From Chiloscyllium plagiosum (Eukaryota): 64,000 nt of DNA. The translations under genes and the position numbers were made by a program. A model generated the notes under the pieces. That model saw nothing but the letters and a program-made list of their open reading frames with translations, did not search any database and was not told where the DNA came from. Below are positions 13,270 through 23,899 of the stretch, in pieces (the stretch's first letter is position 1; every line of letters begins with the position of its first letter). The stretch lies in assembly GCF_004010195.1 (NCBI RefSeq), contig NC_057746.1:9987045-10051044 (forward strand), given 5' to 3'.

Positions 13270-13587
13270 TGCAGACCAATACTTCCCGGGCTGATTGGTC
13301 TCCTCCCGTGGTGTTTCTCTTCTTGATTGGCCACTCTTTGCACGTATAGCGACTCTGATTGGCTTAACTACCTCTCCCCCCCACCCCCCCCCCCCGATTA
13401 TTGAACATTTCTGATTGGATCCTGTCCTTCTGCCTCCAGCATTGATTGGATATTTCATCCTTAATTCTAATTGGTCAGTGATTGTTGAAGTCCTGTCCCA
13501 CTGCCTATCCCTAGTTCTAATTGGCTAGGATGTTTATTTAACGATCTTTCCGGGTAGTTTGGGTTTCAGTCTCTGTCTCTCCCGGGA
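13270..13587 (+). promoter_or_regulatory. MHC class II beta promoter / 5' UTR with seven inverted CCAAT (Y-box-like) motifs
   Basis: (C/T)T(G/A)ATTGG at 13291, 13323, 13355, 13411, 13442, 13467 and 13517, three of them exact CTGATTGG Y-boxes. AT-rich TTTATTTA at 13533, 55 bp before the ATG at 13588. Confidence 0.7.
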
Positions 13588-14369
13588 ATGGATCTGTTTA
13601 GAGTGTCTGATCGCCGCTCCCTCTCGTGGTGTGATCCTTTATGCACGCCCAGACTGTCAGCCGCACCACACACTGCCCTCGAAGCGGCTGCGGAGGGGCC
13701 GAGACTGTCACACACGTCCTTTTGGAATGTGCCTACACAAAGGAAATCTGGAGACGAATGCAGTGGTGCTCGTCGAGGTCCGTCGCGAGCAGCTCTGTTA
13801 TGCAGGACTCCGTGTTCTATAGTCCATTCCCCAAGACACACACGAGACGAACATCAACTGCGCCTGGAGGATCATCAGCTGGGTCAAAAACGCTCTTTGG
13901 TCTATCCGAAACCTGTTGATCTTCCAGCTGAAGGATCTGACCCGACTGAGCGTTGCAGACTGGCACATTCCAAGGTCCAGTACTACATGTTGAGGAACGC
14001 GCTGAAGCTTGGGGCAGCTGCTGCCAAGGCGTGGTGGGGAAAGACCACCATGTAACTTTTGCCTGCCTAAGAACAGGGGGTCCACGCAGTAAGTGGGCTG
14101 CGCTGATGCCTCAGCTAAATGTATGGATATATGATTGGTAAACGTAAGACCTGTATATGCAAATGATAAACTCTGATCTCTGTACGCAAAGAAATGGAAT
14201 GTTTATGTATGTATGGCATGATCAATTGTACAGATCATCAAAATATTTTATGAATAAAGGACATTATTGAAATTAAAAATAAAGTCTGAAAGCCCCTCCC
14301 TCTGGAGCCGGATCCCCCTCCTCATCGGGACATTTATCCTCCTCAATGGAGAGAGAGACAGCGGAGCTG
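13588..14369 (+). pseudogene. MHC IIB exon 1 (leader), split by LINE insertion: 13588-13610 joined to 14290-14369
   Basis: Removing the insert and one TSD restores in-frame MDLFRVSESPSLWSRIPLLIGTFILLNGERDSGA-G, followed by the donor gtgaga at 14370. Confidence 0.88.
13611..14283 (+). mobile_element. 5'-truncated Tx1/L1-clade LINE (ORF2 C-terminal zinc-binding region + 3' UTR)
   Basis: CPRSGCGGAETVTHVLLECAYTKEIW is a zf-RVT-like CCHC motif; C-terminus ...LKLGAAAAKAWWGKTTM*. AATAAA at 14253, A-rich tail, TSD GTCTGA at 13605-13610 and 14284-14289. Confidence 0.9.
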
Positions 14370-15269
14370 GTGAGAGATCCCCGGAGAGGAGCAAACTCTG
14401 CTCTGCCCGAGTCAGAGGGATAGCAGCTCCGGGGTTAGTGGGGATCGAGTGACTACTGGCTATAACCAAGGGGGTCTGCAGTTACCTCCATGTGGGGTCA
14501 GGTCCTGGGACATCACCGCCAGAGGAGCTTGTAGTGATCTGCTCTCTCGAACCCTTTCTCAGACACAGTATGGATCCGTATTCCTGTGCTCACTTTCTGG
14601 TCATCTCCCCTTGACTCTGTCAACAGTATCCTCAATTGGAAAACTATAATGTTTACATAGAAAGTCATTAGCAACGCTTTCTGCGATACTTTGCGTTTCT
14701 ATCTCTATGGTTCACACTTTGGGTGAAATGTAAGGAATGGTTTGCTCCCTCATGTCCTGACGCATTGTCAAGTTTCCATTTTAAACCCATCCTGTATTGA
14801 ATATTGCGTGCAATTCTGGTCTCTTTGGTATTGGAAATATGTTGTGAAACCTGAAAGGGTTCAGAAAAGATTTGCGCTACAGGAAGAGGCTGAGTTGTTT
14901 TCCCGGAGCATTGGAGGTTGAGGGGTGACCTTACACAGAGGAAACTCGATTATCCGAATGAATTGGTGAGGGGTGGTGGTGCGGGGGCACTGTTTCATTC
15001 AGGTTATTGATTATTCGGTTAATTGATTTCCTCTGGGGCTTGAGGTTTTCTGTGAAGTCTGCTCCCCATTCAGGAAAGGAGGTAGCCTTGGCCCCCAACC
15101 CTGCCTGCACCACCAAGCCCGTCTGCCCGTGCCTGATTTCCCACCCCCACGTCCAACCGCACCCACCGTCCAACACCTGTCTGTGCCCCTGCCGCCCCCG
15201 GTTGGTTTGCCCCCATCTCCACGCCCACCCACCCCCAGGGCAGCTGGACTGTACAGAAACAGTAAGACT

Positions 15270-16510
15270 GAACATAGAACATCACAGCGCAGTACAGGCC
15301 CTTCGCTCCTCAGTGTTGCACCGACCAGTCATACCAATCTGACGCCCATCTAACCGACATTATTCCATGTCCGTCCATATGATTATCAAATGACGACTTA
15401 AATGTACTTAAAGTTCGTGAATCTACTACTGTTACAGGCAAACCATTCCATAACCTTACTACTCTCTGAGTAAATAAACTACCTCTGACATCTGTTCTAT
15501 ATCTAGCATCCCTCAATTTAAAGCTATGCCCCCTCGTGCTCACCGTTACTATACTTGGAAAAAGGGTCTCCCTGTCCACCCTAGCTAACCCTCTGATTAG
15601 CTTATATGTCTCTATTAAGTCAACCTTCTTCTCTCTAACGAAAACAGCCTCAAGTCCCTCAGCCTTTTCTCGTAAGACCTTCCCTGCATACCAGGCAACA
15701 TCCTAGTGAATCTCCTCTGCACCCTTTCCAAAACTTCCACATCCTTCTTGTAATGCGGTGACCAGTTGCGGCCGCAGCAGTGTTTTGTACAGCTGTAGCA
15801 TGGTTCCAGAACACGATCCCTCTATTAATATAAGCTAAAACGCGGTATGCCTTCTGACCAACCCCGTCAACCTGGGTGGCAACTTTCAAGGATCTGTGTA
15901 CCTGGACACCGAGATCTCGCTGGTCATCTACACTACCAAGAATCTTACCATTAGTCCAATACTTTGCATTCCGGTTACTCCGACCAACGTGAATCACCTC
16001 ACACTTGCCCGCATTTAATTCCATTTGCCACCCCTCAGCCCAGCTCTACAGCTTATCTATGTCTCTCTGTAACCTACGACATCTTTTGTCATTATCCACA
16101 ACTCCAACAACCTTAGTGCCGTCTGCAAATTTACTAACCCACCCTTCTATGCCCTCATCCAGGTGGTTTATAAAAATGACAACAGTGGACCCAACACCGA
16201 ACCTTGCGGTACACCACTGAGAACTGGACTCCAGGATGAACAGTTCCCATCAACATTTAGCACCCTCTGTCTTCTTTCAGGAAGCCAATTACTGATCCAA
16301 GCTGCTGTATCTCCCACAATGCCATTCTGCGACATTTTGTACAATCGCCTACTGTGGGGAACCTTATCGAACGCCTTGCTGAAATCCATATACACCACAT
16401 CAACCAGTTTACTCTCATCTACCTGTTTGGTCACCTTCTCAAAGAACTCAATAAAGTTTTCGAGACACGACCTACCCTTCACAAAACCATGCTGACCATC
16501 CTGAATCAAA
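15270..16510 (-). mobile_element. CR1 LINE, RT to 3' end (in MHC intron 1)
   Basis: QHGFVKGRSCLENFIEFFE...DVVYMDFSKAFDKVPH...GVPQGSVLGPLL and TRGHSFKL...FTQRVVRLWNGLP. Confidence 0.92.
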
Positions 16511-16914
16511 GTATTCTTTTGCTGTTGACTTTGCGAGCTGAGTCTCCAAATAGCACACACATGCATACAACTTTTTACTGCAACTTTTTGACAGCTTCCA
16601 CCTTTGCCTTGTAGAGGGCAATGTTAGTGCGATTATCTGGGAATGGGGGTTTGGAGTACACCCTTGTGTAGAATCCTAGGGAAATTGTTGGGGGAAGAGA
16701 GGTCAGTCCTTTTGAGGCGTTGCCTGGACTGTCCAGGACTGCTCTCAGCAGCATTTCAGTGAGCCGAGTTCGTTTTTAATAATTGTACATGTAAACAAAA
16801 GACGCAATCAGGGTTGAAACAGCTCTTTGAGGTTATGTTTCTAACGCGACCTCGTGATCTCATTCGAAGAAGTAAATATTCAGATAATTGGGATATTCAG
16901 AAAATCGAGGTTCC

Positions 16915-17285
16915 ACTGTAGAGGTTTATACCATCATGAGGGGAATAGATAGGGTGAATAGACAAGGCTCATCCCTGGGGTGGGGGTTCAAGAACGAGAG
17001 GGTATTGATTAGGGAGAAAAGCGAAAGATATATAAGGGACTCAAGGGGCAACATTTTCACGCAGAGGGTGCTGAGTGTGTGGAATGAGCTGCCAGAAGAA
17101 GTCGAAGACGCTGGTACTGTTGCAGCATTAAAAGGCATGTGGATGGATGTACGGATAGGAAGGGTTTAGAGGGATATGGGCCAAGTGCTGGCAAATGGGA
17201 CGAGAGTAGGTCGGGATATTTGGTCGGCATGGATAAGTTGAACTGAAGGGTCTATTTCCATACTGTATATCTCCATGACTCTATA
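16915..17285 (+). mobile_element. CR1 3' fragment
   Basis: EVYTIMRGIDRVN...FTQRVLSVWNELPEEV, followed by the CR1 3' UTR. Confidence 0.88.
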
Positions 17286-18174
17286 TAGCAGTCATTGGCT
17301 TCAATTATCGAAGTGTTCATTGCGCTGATGAGAAAGGTGGCCGTTTGCATGTAAACATGAAATGATAAAGCTTTTTTAAACATTGGTCTTATCTCCCTCA
17401 ATTCAGTTTTGGACATTCAGTACTTGGTACACTGAGTTTGAAAGGTGTTCACTCATTCCAGCCAATGAGATGAGCTGATTCACCAGGTTAAAGTACTCAC
17501 GCAGCCTGGTGTTATCGAAGGTTATTTTGTAAGACAGAGGAGTTTTCTGTTCTCAGTAGAAATTGTGTTCCATTTGAATCTTAAAGAAAACTGTTAGCTT
17601 ACTAAAGTGCTGGAAATAGGAATTTAAAAATGATTAAAATGTGCTGAAAAAGCACAGCTGATGTGAACGCATCTGCTGAATGCAATGGTTACTGTTGCAG
17701 GTTAATTACTTTTCTAAAAATGTAAAATGTTTCAAGCAGTGATAAAAGTATAGACAGGAAGATGTGCAAGGCACAAAGATAAAGGGAATATGTGATGGGA
17801 AACAACTTTAATGACAGTTTGCCCAGTAGGGCTGAATAAGTTATTGCATTTTGAGTGAGTCAGAGGACAGGAAGCTATTATATAGTTAGCCTAACATTTG
17901 CCATCTGATGAAAGGTTACCTAACTGAGGTTAGAGTTCCTTAAATTGTTTTTTTTCCTGATCTCACCACAACATAGTTTTACAAAAGAAAAATTGTTAGT
18001 AGTCCTATAGTTGTGGTGCAGTATTACGCATGGTAATCAGAATTAGTATATGTGGTGTGCTTGAATTTCCAAACATATTAAAGCTTGCTGGACAAGATAA
18101 ATTTGCAAATAACACATTTGCATAGATAAACAATTAATGAGTTAACCAGAAGCAGATTGGGAATAATTCTCATC

Positions 18175-19600
18175 TCCTTCCTATTGGAAACATGCTGTGA
18201 AACTTGTAAGAGTTCAGAGAAGATTTGAAAGAATGTTGCCAGCGTTAGAGAATTTGGGCTGTAGGGAGAGGCTGACTAGGCTGGGGCTATTTTCCCTGGA
18301 GTGTCGGAGGCTGAGGGGTGACCTTAGAGGTTTCAAAAATTTTAAGGGACATGGATATGATAAATAGATCTTTCCCTTGGGGTGTGGAGATCAGAACGAG
18401 AGGGCAGGGCTTTAAAATGAGAGGGAAAATATAAAAACTGGACCTAAGGGACAACTTTTTCGCGCAGAAGGTGTGTATATGGAATGAGCTACCAGGCGAA
18501 GTGGTGGAGGCTGGTACAATTACAGCATTTAAAAGGCATCTAGATGGGTATATGAATAGATTTAATGGGATACAGGGCAAGTGCTGGCAAATGGGACGAG
18601 ATTAGGCTCGGATATCTGGTCAGCATTGACAAGTTAGGCTGAACGGTCTGTTTCCGTGTTGTACCTCTACGACTCTAACTCTAAACGGCAAGCTGCCTCT
18701 GTACAATGCCACAGGGATGGGATGAGATGTTAATCTCAATTATCTACGATTTAAGCTGGATGAGTGGACTGAATGTACGATAGTGAAATTTAATGAGACC
18801 AAGTTAAGAGGTGAGTATGCAAAGGAGTTAAGTGAATGGTTAAAATTTGATAGGTGGAGGATTATGTGGATAAATGTGAACATTCCGATTTTGGATTGAA
18901 TAATAGATAATTTAAATGGGGAGAGATATAGCAAAACCTGAATGTAGAGAGCAATCTGAGTGTGTTCGAACATAAATGAAAATTGAACTGGAAATAGCGA
19001 TTCAGAAGGCAAAAAGAATGTTATTGCTTACTGCAAGGAGAATAGTAATTAACTTCTATGGAAGTTTTTCAGGGTTTTGATGAGACCACATTTGGAGTAG
19101 AATAGAATTTTGTTCTCTTTTGGGGGCAGGGACTTAACTGATTCAGAAGCTGTTCAGAAAAGGTTTAGTTGATTGATTCCTGGGGTCAAGGGCTTAGCTT
19201 GCAAGGGAAGGCTGAACAGTTAACTCCATATAGGTTGATGTTGAGATAAATTAAGTGACCTTATTGGAACACACAAGAAGGGACCGGATACTAGGGAATG
19301 TCGGGGGTGGGGGGAGGGATTGGTTTCTTTTATTGGGGGAAGCTCAGTAAATAGTTCTAGGGGTAAGTCTCCTTTTTAAGACAACATATATTGAGGGCCA
19401 TCAGAATGTGGAATTTTAATCCCAGCAGCTAGTGGAGGCTTGATCATTAAACTTATTCAAGGCAATCTCACTCAAGCTTATCAAAAAATCTAAGAAGTCA
19501 TGGGTTAAGGGAAGGAGAGGTGAGACCACACAAGACCAGCCATGATATTATTGAATAGAACAGCAAACTTAAAGGATTGAATAGCTTAATATTGTTCTGA
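18175..19600 (+). mobile_element. Two CR1 3' fragments (younger 18175-18680, older 18740-19600)
   Basis: CR1 C-terminal coding remnants (RPHLEY-like, WNELP-like) and 3' UTR. Confidence 0.8.
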
Positions 19601-19639
19601 TGAGAGCATATTGATATTCTGGGTAATCCAAGGTGGAGA

Positions 19640-20065
19640 ACAGGAAAAACTATGTCTGTAAAGAGGTGGTCCTTTTTGAGGTTTTTAGGTGTTGGAGGTC
19701 ATTTCCTTGAATTACAGGAGCAACTATTTCATTACTGTTTCATATGCTGTTCCATTGTTTTGGAGTTTGGAGAGAAAAGTTTAAACAACGGCACTTTAAA
19801 ATGATGAAAGGCAGACAAAGAAAGCAAGCACTTAGTCAGAAGCGAGGCAGACAGACAGAAATAAACCTGCTAACTGACAGTGAATCCGCACAATTAGTGC
19901 CTTTGCTGTTTGAGTTCATGAATCTCTGGACAGCAGAGTGCATCTCGGAAAAAAAAAAACAAGCAGTGAAATTCACAATTAACTTTGGAGGAACCAGCAC
20001 AGGAACAGATAAGTACATAGTTTTTAAAGTGCACCATTGCTGTAGGTCTGCAGTACTGAATAGAG
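19640..20065 (+). mobile_element. LINE (CR1) 5' UTR-like repeat
   Basis: Closely similar to 49740-50190, which there runs into a CR1 ORF1 zinc-finger start. Confidence 0.6.
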
Positions 20066-20203
20066 CTAAAAGATCACACAACCACCTGATGAAGGAGCGC
20101 CGCTTAGAAAACTAGTGCTTGCAATTAAACCTGTTGGATTATAACCTGGTGTTGTGTGATTTTTTACTTTGCATACACCAGACCAACACAAGCATCTCCA
20201 AAT
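20066..20203 (+). mobile_element. Short Penelope-derived hammerhead repeat (family 2) with 15-bp TSD
   Basis: TSD cagtactgaatagag at 20051-20065 and 20204-20218; CTGATGA at 20086 and GAAA at 20107, stems degraded. Confidence 0.8.
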
Positions 20204-20214
20204 CAGTACTGAAT

Positions 20215-21190
20215 AGAGTCAGAGTCGTAGAGATGAACAGCATAGAAACAGACCCATCGGTCCAACCTGCCCATGCCGACCAGATATCCCAACTCAATCT
20301 CGTCCCACCTGCCAGCACCCGGCCCATATCCCTCCAAACACTTACGATTCATCTCCCCATCCAAATGTTGCAATTCTACCAGCGTCCACCATCTCCTCCG
20401 GCAGCTTTTTGCATACACTGCGTGAAAACCTTTCCCCTTAGGTCTCTTTTATATCTTTCCCCTCGCTCCCTAAACCTATGGCCTCTAGTTCTGGACTCCC
20501 CGACCCCAGGGAAAATACATTGTCTATTTATCCTATCCTTGCCCCTCATGATTTTGTAAACCTCCATAAGGTCATCCCTCAGCCTCTGCCGCTACAGGGA
20601 AAACAACCCCAGCCTGTTCAGCCTCTCCTTATAGCTCAAATCCTCCAACCCTGGCAACACCCTTGTAGATCCTTTCCAAACCCTTTCAAGTTTCCCAACA
20701 TCATTCCGTTAGGAAGGAGACCAGAATTGCACGCAATATTCCAACAGTGGCCCAACCAATGACCTGTACAGCCGAAACATGACCTCCCAACCCCTGTACT
20801 CAAGACTCTGACCAATAAAGGAATGCATACCAAACACCTTCTTCACTATCCTATCTACCTGCGATTCCACTGTCAAGGAGCTATGAACCTGCACGCCAAG
20901 GTTTCTTTGTTAAGCAACAGTCTCTAGGACCTTACCATTAAGTGTAGAAGTCCTGTTCAGATTTGCTTACCCAAAATGCAGCACTTCGCATTTATCTGAA
21001 TTAAACTCCATCTGCCACTTTTCAGCGCATTGACCCATCTGATCAGATCCTGTTGTAATCTGAGGTAACCTTCTTCGCTGTCCACCACACCTCCAATTTT
21101 GGTGTCATCTGCAAACTTACTACCATACGTTTTATGCTCGCATCTAAATCATTTATATAAATGACAAAAAGTAGAGGAACCAGCGTGGGT
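20215..21190 (-). mobile_element. CR1 LINE RT/3' fragment
   Basis: PLLFVIYINDLD, LLEYCVQFWSP and EVYKIMRGKDRINRQ...TRGHRF. Confidence 0.9.
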
Positions 21191-21219
21191 TCGTTCTTGA
21201 TTATGCTTAATTGAAACGT

Positions 21220-21730
21220 CTCTTGAAGTTCTGGTCTCCTGCCTATCCGAAGGATGTTGTGAAACTTGAAAGTTTCCAAAATGATTTACAAGGATGTTGC
21301 CAGAGTTTGAGCTCTCGGGAGAGGGTAAATATACTGGGGCTGTTTTCCCTGGAGCATCGGAAGCTAAGTGTTCTCGTGGTTTATAAATTTGAGGGGCATG
21401 GATAGCATAAATAGACAAGTCTTTTTCCCTAGGGTGGGGAAGTCCAAAATTTGAGGTGTAGGTTTAGGGTGAGACGGGAAAGATATAAAAGAAACCTAAG
21501 GGGCAAATGTTTCACGGAGTGGGTGGTGCGTGTATAGAATGACCTGCCAAAGTAAGTGGTGGAGGCTAGTACAATTACTGCATTTAAAAGGCATCCGGAT
21601 GGATATATGAGTAGGAAGGGTTTAGAGGGATGTGGGCCGAGTGCTGGCAAATGGAAGTAGATTAGGTTAGGATATCTGGTCAACATTGACCAGTTGGATC
21701 GAACGGTTTGTTTCTGTGCTGTACAGCTGA
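21220..21730 (+). mobile_element. CR1 3' fragment
   Basis: FWSPAYPKDVVKLE... followed by the CR1 3' UTR. Confidence 0.88.
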
Positions 21731-21821
21731 CTGAATATATAGTAATCAGACAAGTAAATAAACAAAAGATGTGTTGTTATTAATAAGAATGCAGAAGCAT
21801 TACAAACAACTAGCATCAACA

Positions 21822-21957
21822 CTATTCCTGATGAAGGGCTTTTGCCCGAAACGTCGATTTTCCTGCTCCTCGGATGCTGCCTGACTTGCTGTGCTTTTCC
21901 AGCACCACGCTGATCTAAAGTTTGGTTTCCGGCATCTGCAGTCCTCACTTTTGCCTG
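21822..21957 (+). mobile_element. 136-bp Penelope pLTR-derived unit carrying a hammerhead ribozyme, 9-bp TSD
   Basis: TSD gcatcaaca at 21813-21821 and 21958-21966; the sequence matches the terminal repeats of the Penelope element at 34072-38860. Confidence 0.85.
21824..21860 (+). ncRNA. Minimal type I hammerhead ribozyme (intact core)
   Basis: CTGATGA(21828)-A-GGGC-TTTT-GCCC-GAAA-CGTC; loop-less palindromic ACGT stem III; predicted cleavage after C21855. Confidence 0.8.
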
Positions 21958-22259
21958 GCATCAACAAATGTTGAGCAGTGTTTTTGAGTTTTTGAACCAA
22001 GTCTGAAACATCTAAAGTGTTTAATGGAATGTTTATGCTTCTTCAATATTCAACCGTTTGATGTATGTCCCCATCTAAGGAAAGTGAAGCTTTATGATAT
22101 GTACTGCAATTTTTTTTATAATGTTGATATTGAGTGAAATGTACTCCTTTTGTTAATATGAGACATACACAGAGGTTTGATGGCAATAATGAATCAAAGT
22201 TTCGACATTAATCTGATGTGCATGTGACTTAGTTCCCCGAGTTTTCATGGAATGATTGC

Positions 22260-22530
22260 TTCGTCCTATTAGTGTGGAAATAGGCCGTTCGGCCAAACAC
22301 GTCCGCACCGACCCTCCGAAGAGCAACCCACTCTCCTTCACCTAACACTTCAGGCAATTTATCTTGGCTAATTCATCTAAACTGCACATGTTTGACTGTC
22401 AGAGGAAACGGGAGCAACCAAAGGAAACGTGGAGAAAATGAAAACTCCACGCAGACAGTTGCCTGAGGTGGGGATTGAACCCAGTCTCTGGCGCTGTGAG
22501 GCAGCAGGGCTAACCACTGTGTCACCCACT
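22260..22530 (-). mobile_element. HE1-like SINE
   Basis: Reverse complement of the V-SINE core and tRNA-like head (...gcagcagggctaaccactgtgtcacc). Confidence 0.8.
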
Positions 22531-23119
22531 ACTGTTTTTGTTCAAAATATTTAAGTTGAAACCAAATTAGGAGGGCTGATATGACAGAGTGGTAATGTCC
22601 CCATCTGAGCCAGGAGGTGTGGGGTTAATACCCATCTGCTCTCGAGGTAGTAATAAAATATGTGAACAGGTGAATTTGAAAATTTCTAGGCTATGGAACT
22701 CCTGCAGATGTGTCCATGGACTGTGATGGTTGACCATAAACAATCTCAAATCGTGGGGCTCTTGTATTGCAGTGGTAGTATCCCTGCCTCTTGGGGTGTG
22801 GGGTGTGTGTGTGTCTTGCACCGAGTGGTCATGTCCTTATCTGTAACAAGAAGGCCTGGGTTCCTGTTTGGTCTGCCAGGAAGATGCAATTGTGTCTAAA
22901 TTTGTTGTCTTAAGTTGATATTTATAAGATTATATTAATTTCCCAAAGTATCTCACCCCAGTGGGCATTCAGGGGGTTATGAAAATGTGCTGCTGTCTTC
23001 CCCTCCAGCTTGTTTTCATACCTAACATTGTGATTACTGTGGATGGTACTGATATTTAATACAAATGACCAGCAGGTTTGGACCCACACGAACTCCATCT
23101 ATGTCCTTGTGCCTATCAG

Positions 23120-23380
23120 AGACTCGCGCCTTGAGTGTAGCTGCCGGCTGTGAGTTTAACAGCTCTGGGAACTGGACCTACTTCGACCAGTTCATCCACC
23201 ACCAACAGCTGATCATGTATTTCGACTTTAGCCAGAAGAGGTTCATTGCAGTGAAGGACTAGATGAAGTATTATGCGGAGAGATTCAGGAAAGAGAGAGG
23301 GGAAGCCATATACCAAGAAGTTCTCGCTATATGTCCGTCTCCCATTGGTATCCTGGAGAGTGAGGTGCTGACCTGGAAAG
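23120..23380 (+). pseudogene. MHC IIB exon 2 (beta1 domain) with in-frame stop
   Basis: cag| (E)TRALSVAAGCEFNSSGNWTYFDQFIHHQQLIMYFDFSQKRFIAVKD*MKYYAERFRKERGEAIYQEVLAICPSPIGILESEVLTWK |gtgaga. Both cysteines and the NSS glycosylation site are kept; TAG at 23260-23262 sits where Trp is expected. Confidence 0.92.
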
Positions 23381-23899
23381 GTGAGAGCGGCTCTGGGGAT
23401 GGGGCGGTGTGGCAAAGGGAGATGACTGCACAGCCCCTCCTCCCCCTGGGTAGATGTGGGAGCACAGGAAGATCTAAGCACTGCCACTGCCTCCCCGGGG
23501 CACAGTGAGATTCCAGCAGTGCCCCTTACCCCAGTGTGTGTCTGAGAGGATAGCTTTTCCAAGGTTGTGTTTCAACACCATCCCCTGGACTGGGCAACAC
23601 TGCATCGCACTGAAAACATGGTCCCTGACTCAGACTGAGTTAGAGATCCTCAGCCCACACTGTTCCTGTTATAGGGATCTTTTGCACGATCAGCCCTCTG
23701 CAACCTCAAAAGATTATGATGCACAGGGCCACTTGGCCCATTATGACTGTACAAGCTCTTCAATCATCACGACCTATTACAAATCTCCCGCCTTTACTCC
23801 ATATCCCTATACCATTTCTATCCAAATAATCACCCCAGTCCCCCTTGTATGCCTCCATTGAAGCCTGCCTCAACCACATGCATTGTGTTTACGTGTTCT

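Noticed and set aside
14267-14452. TTG-initiated ORF as a rescued MHC leader
   Set aside because: It starts in the LINE A-rich tail at a non-ATG codon downstream of the LINE poly(A) signal, and the downstream exons contain stops anyway.
14931-15353. Cluster of overlapping Pro/Gly/Cys-rich ORFs
   Set aside because: C-rich low-complexity intronic sequence next to a CR1 tail; no domain motifs or supporting splice structure.
22750-22920. tRNA gene
   Set aside because: Only a degenerate A-box-like head (gcagtggtagtatccctgcctct) without a cloverleaf; more likely an old tRNA-derived SINE. The same applies to the HE1 SINE heads.
23065-23562. ORFs 23065-23262, 23263-23508 and 23116-23562 as standalone genes
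   Set aside because: The + ORFs are the two halves of the MHC beta1 exon split by a TAG plus intron read-through; the - ORF is its antisense shadow.
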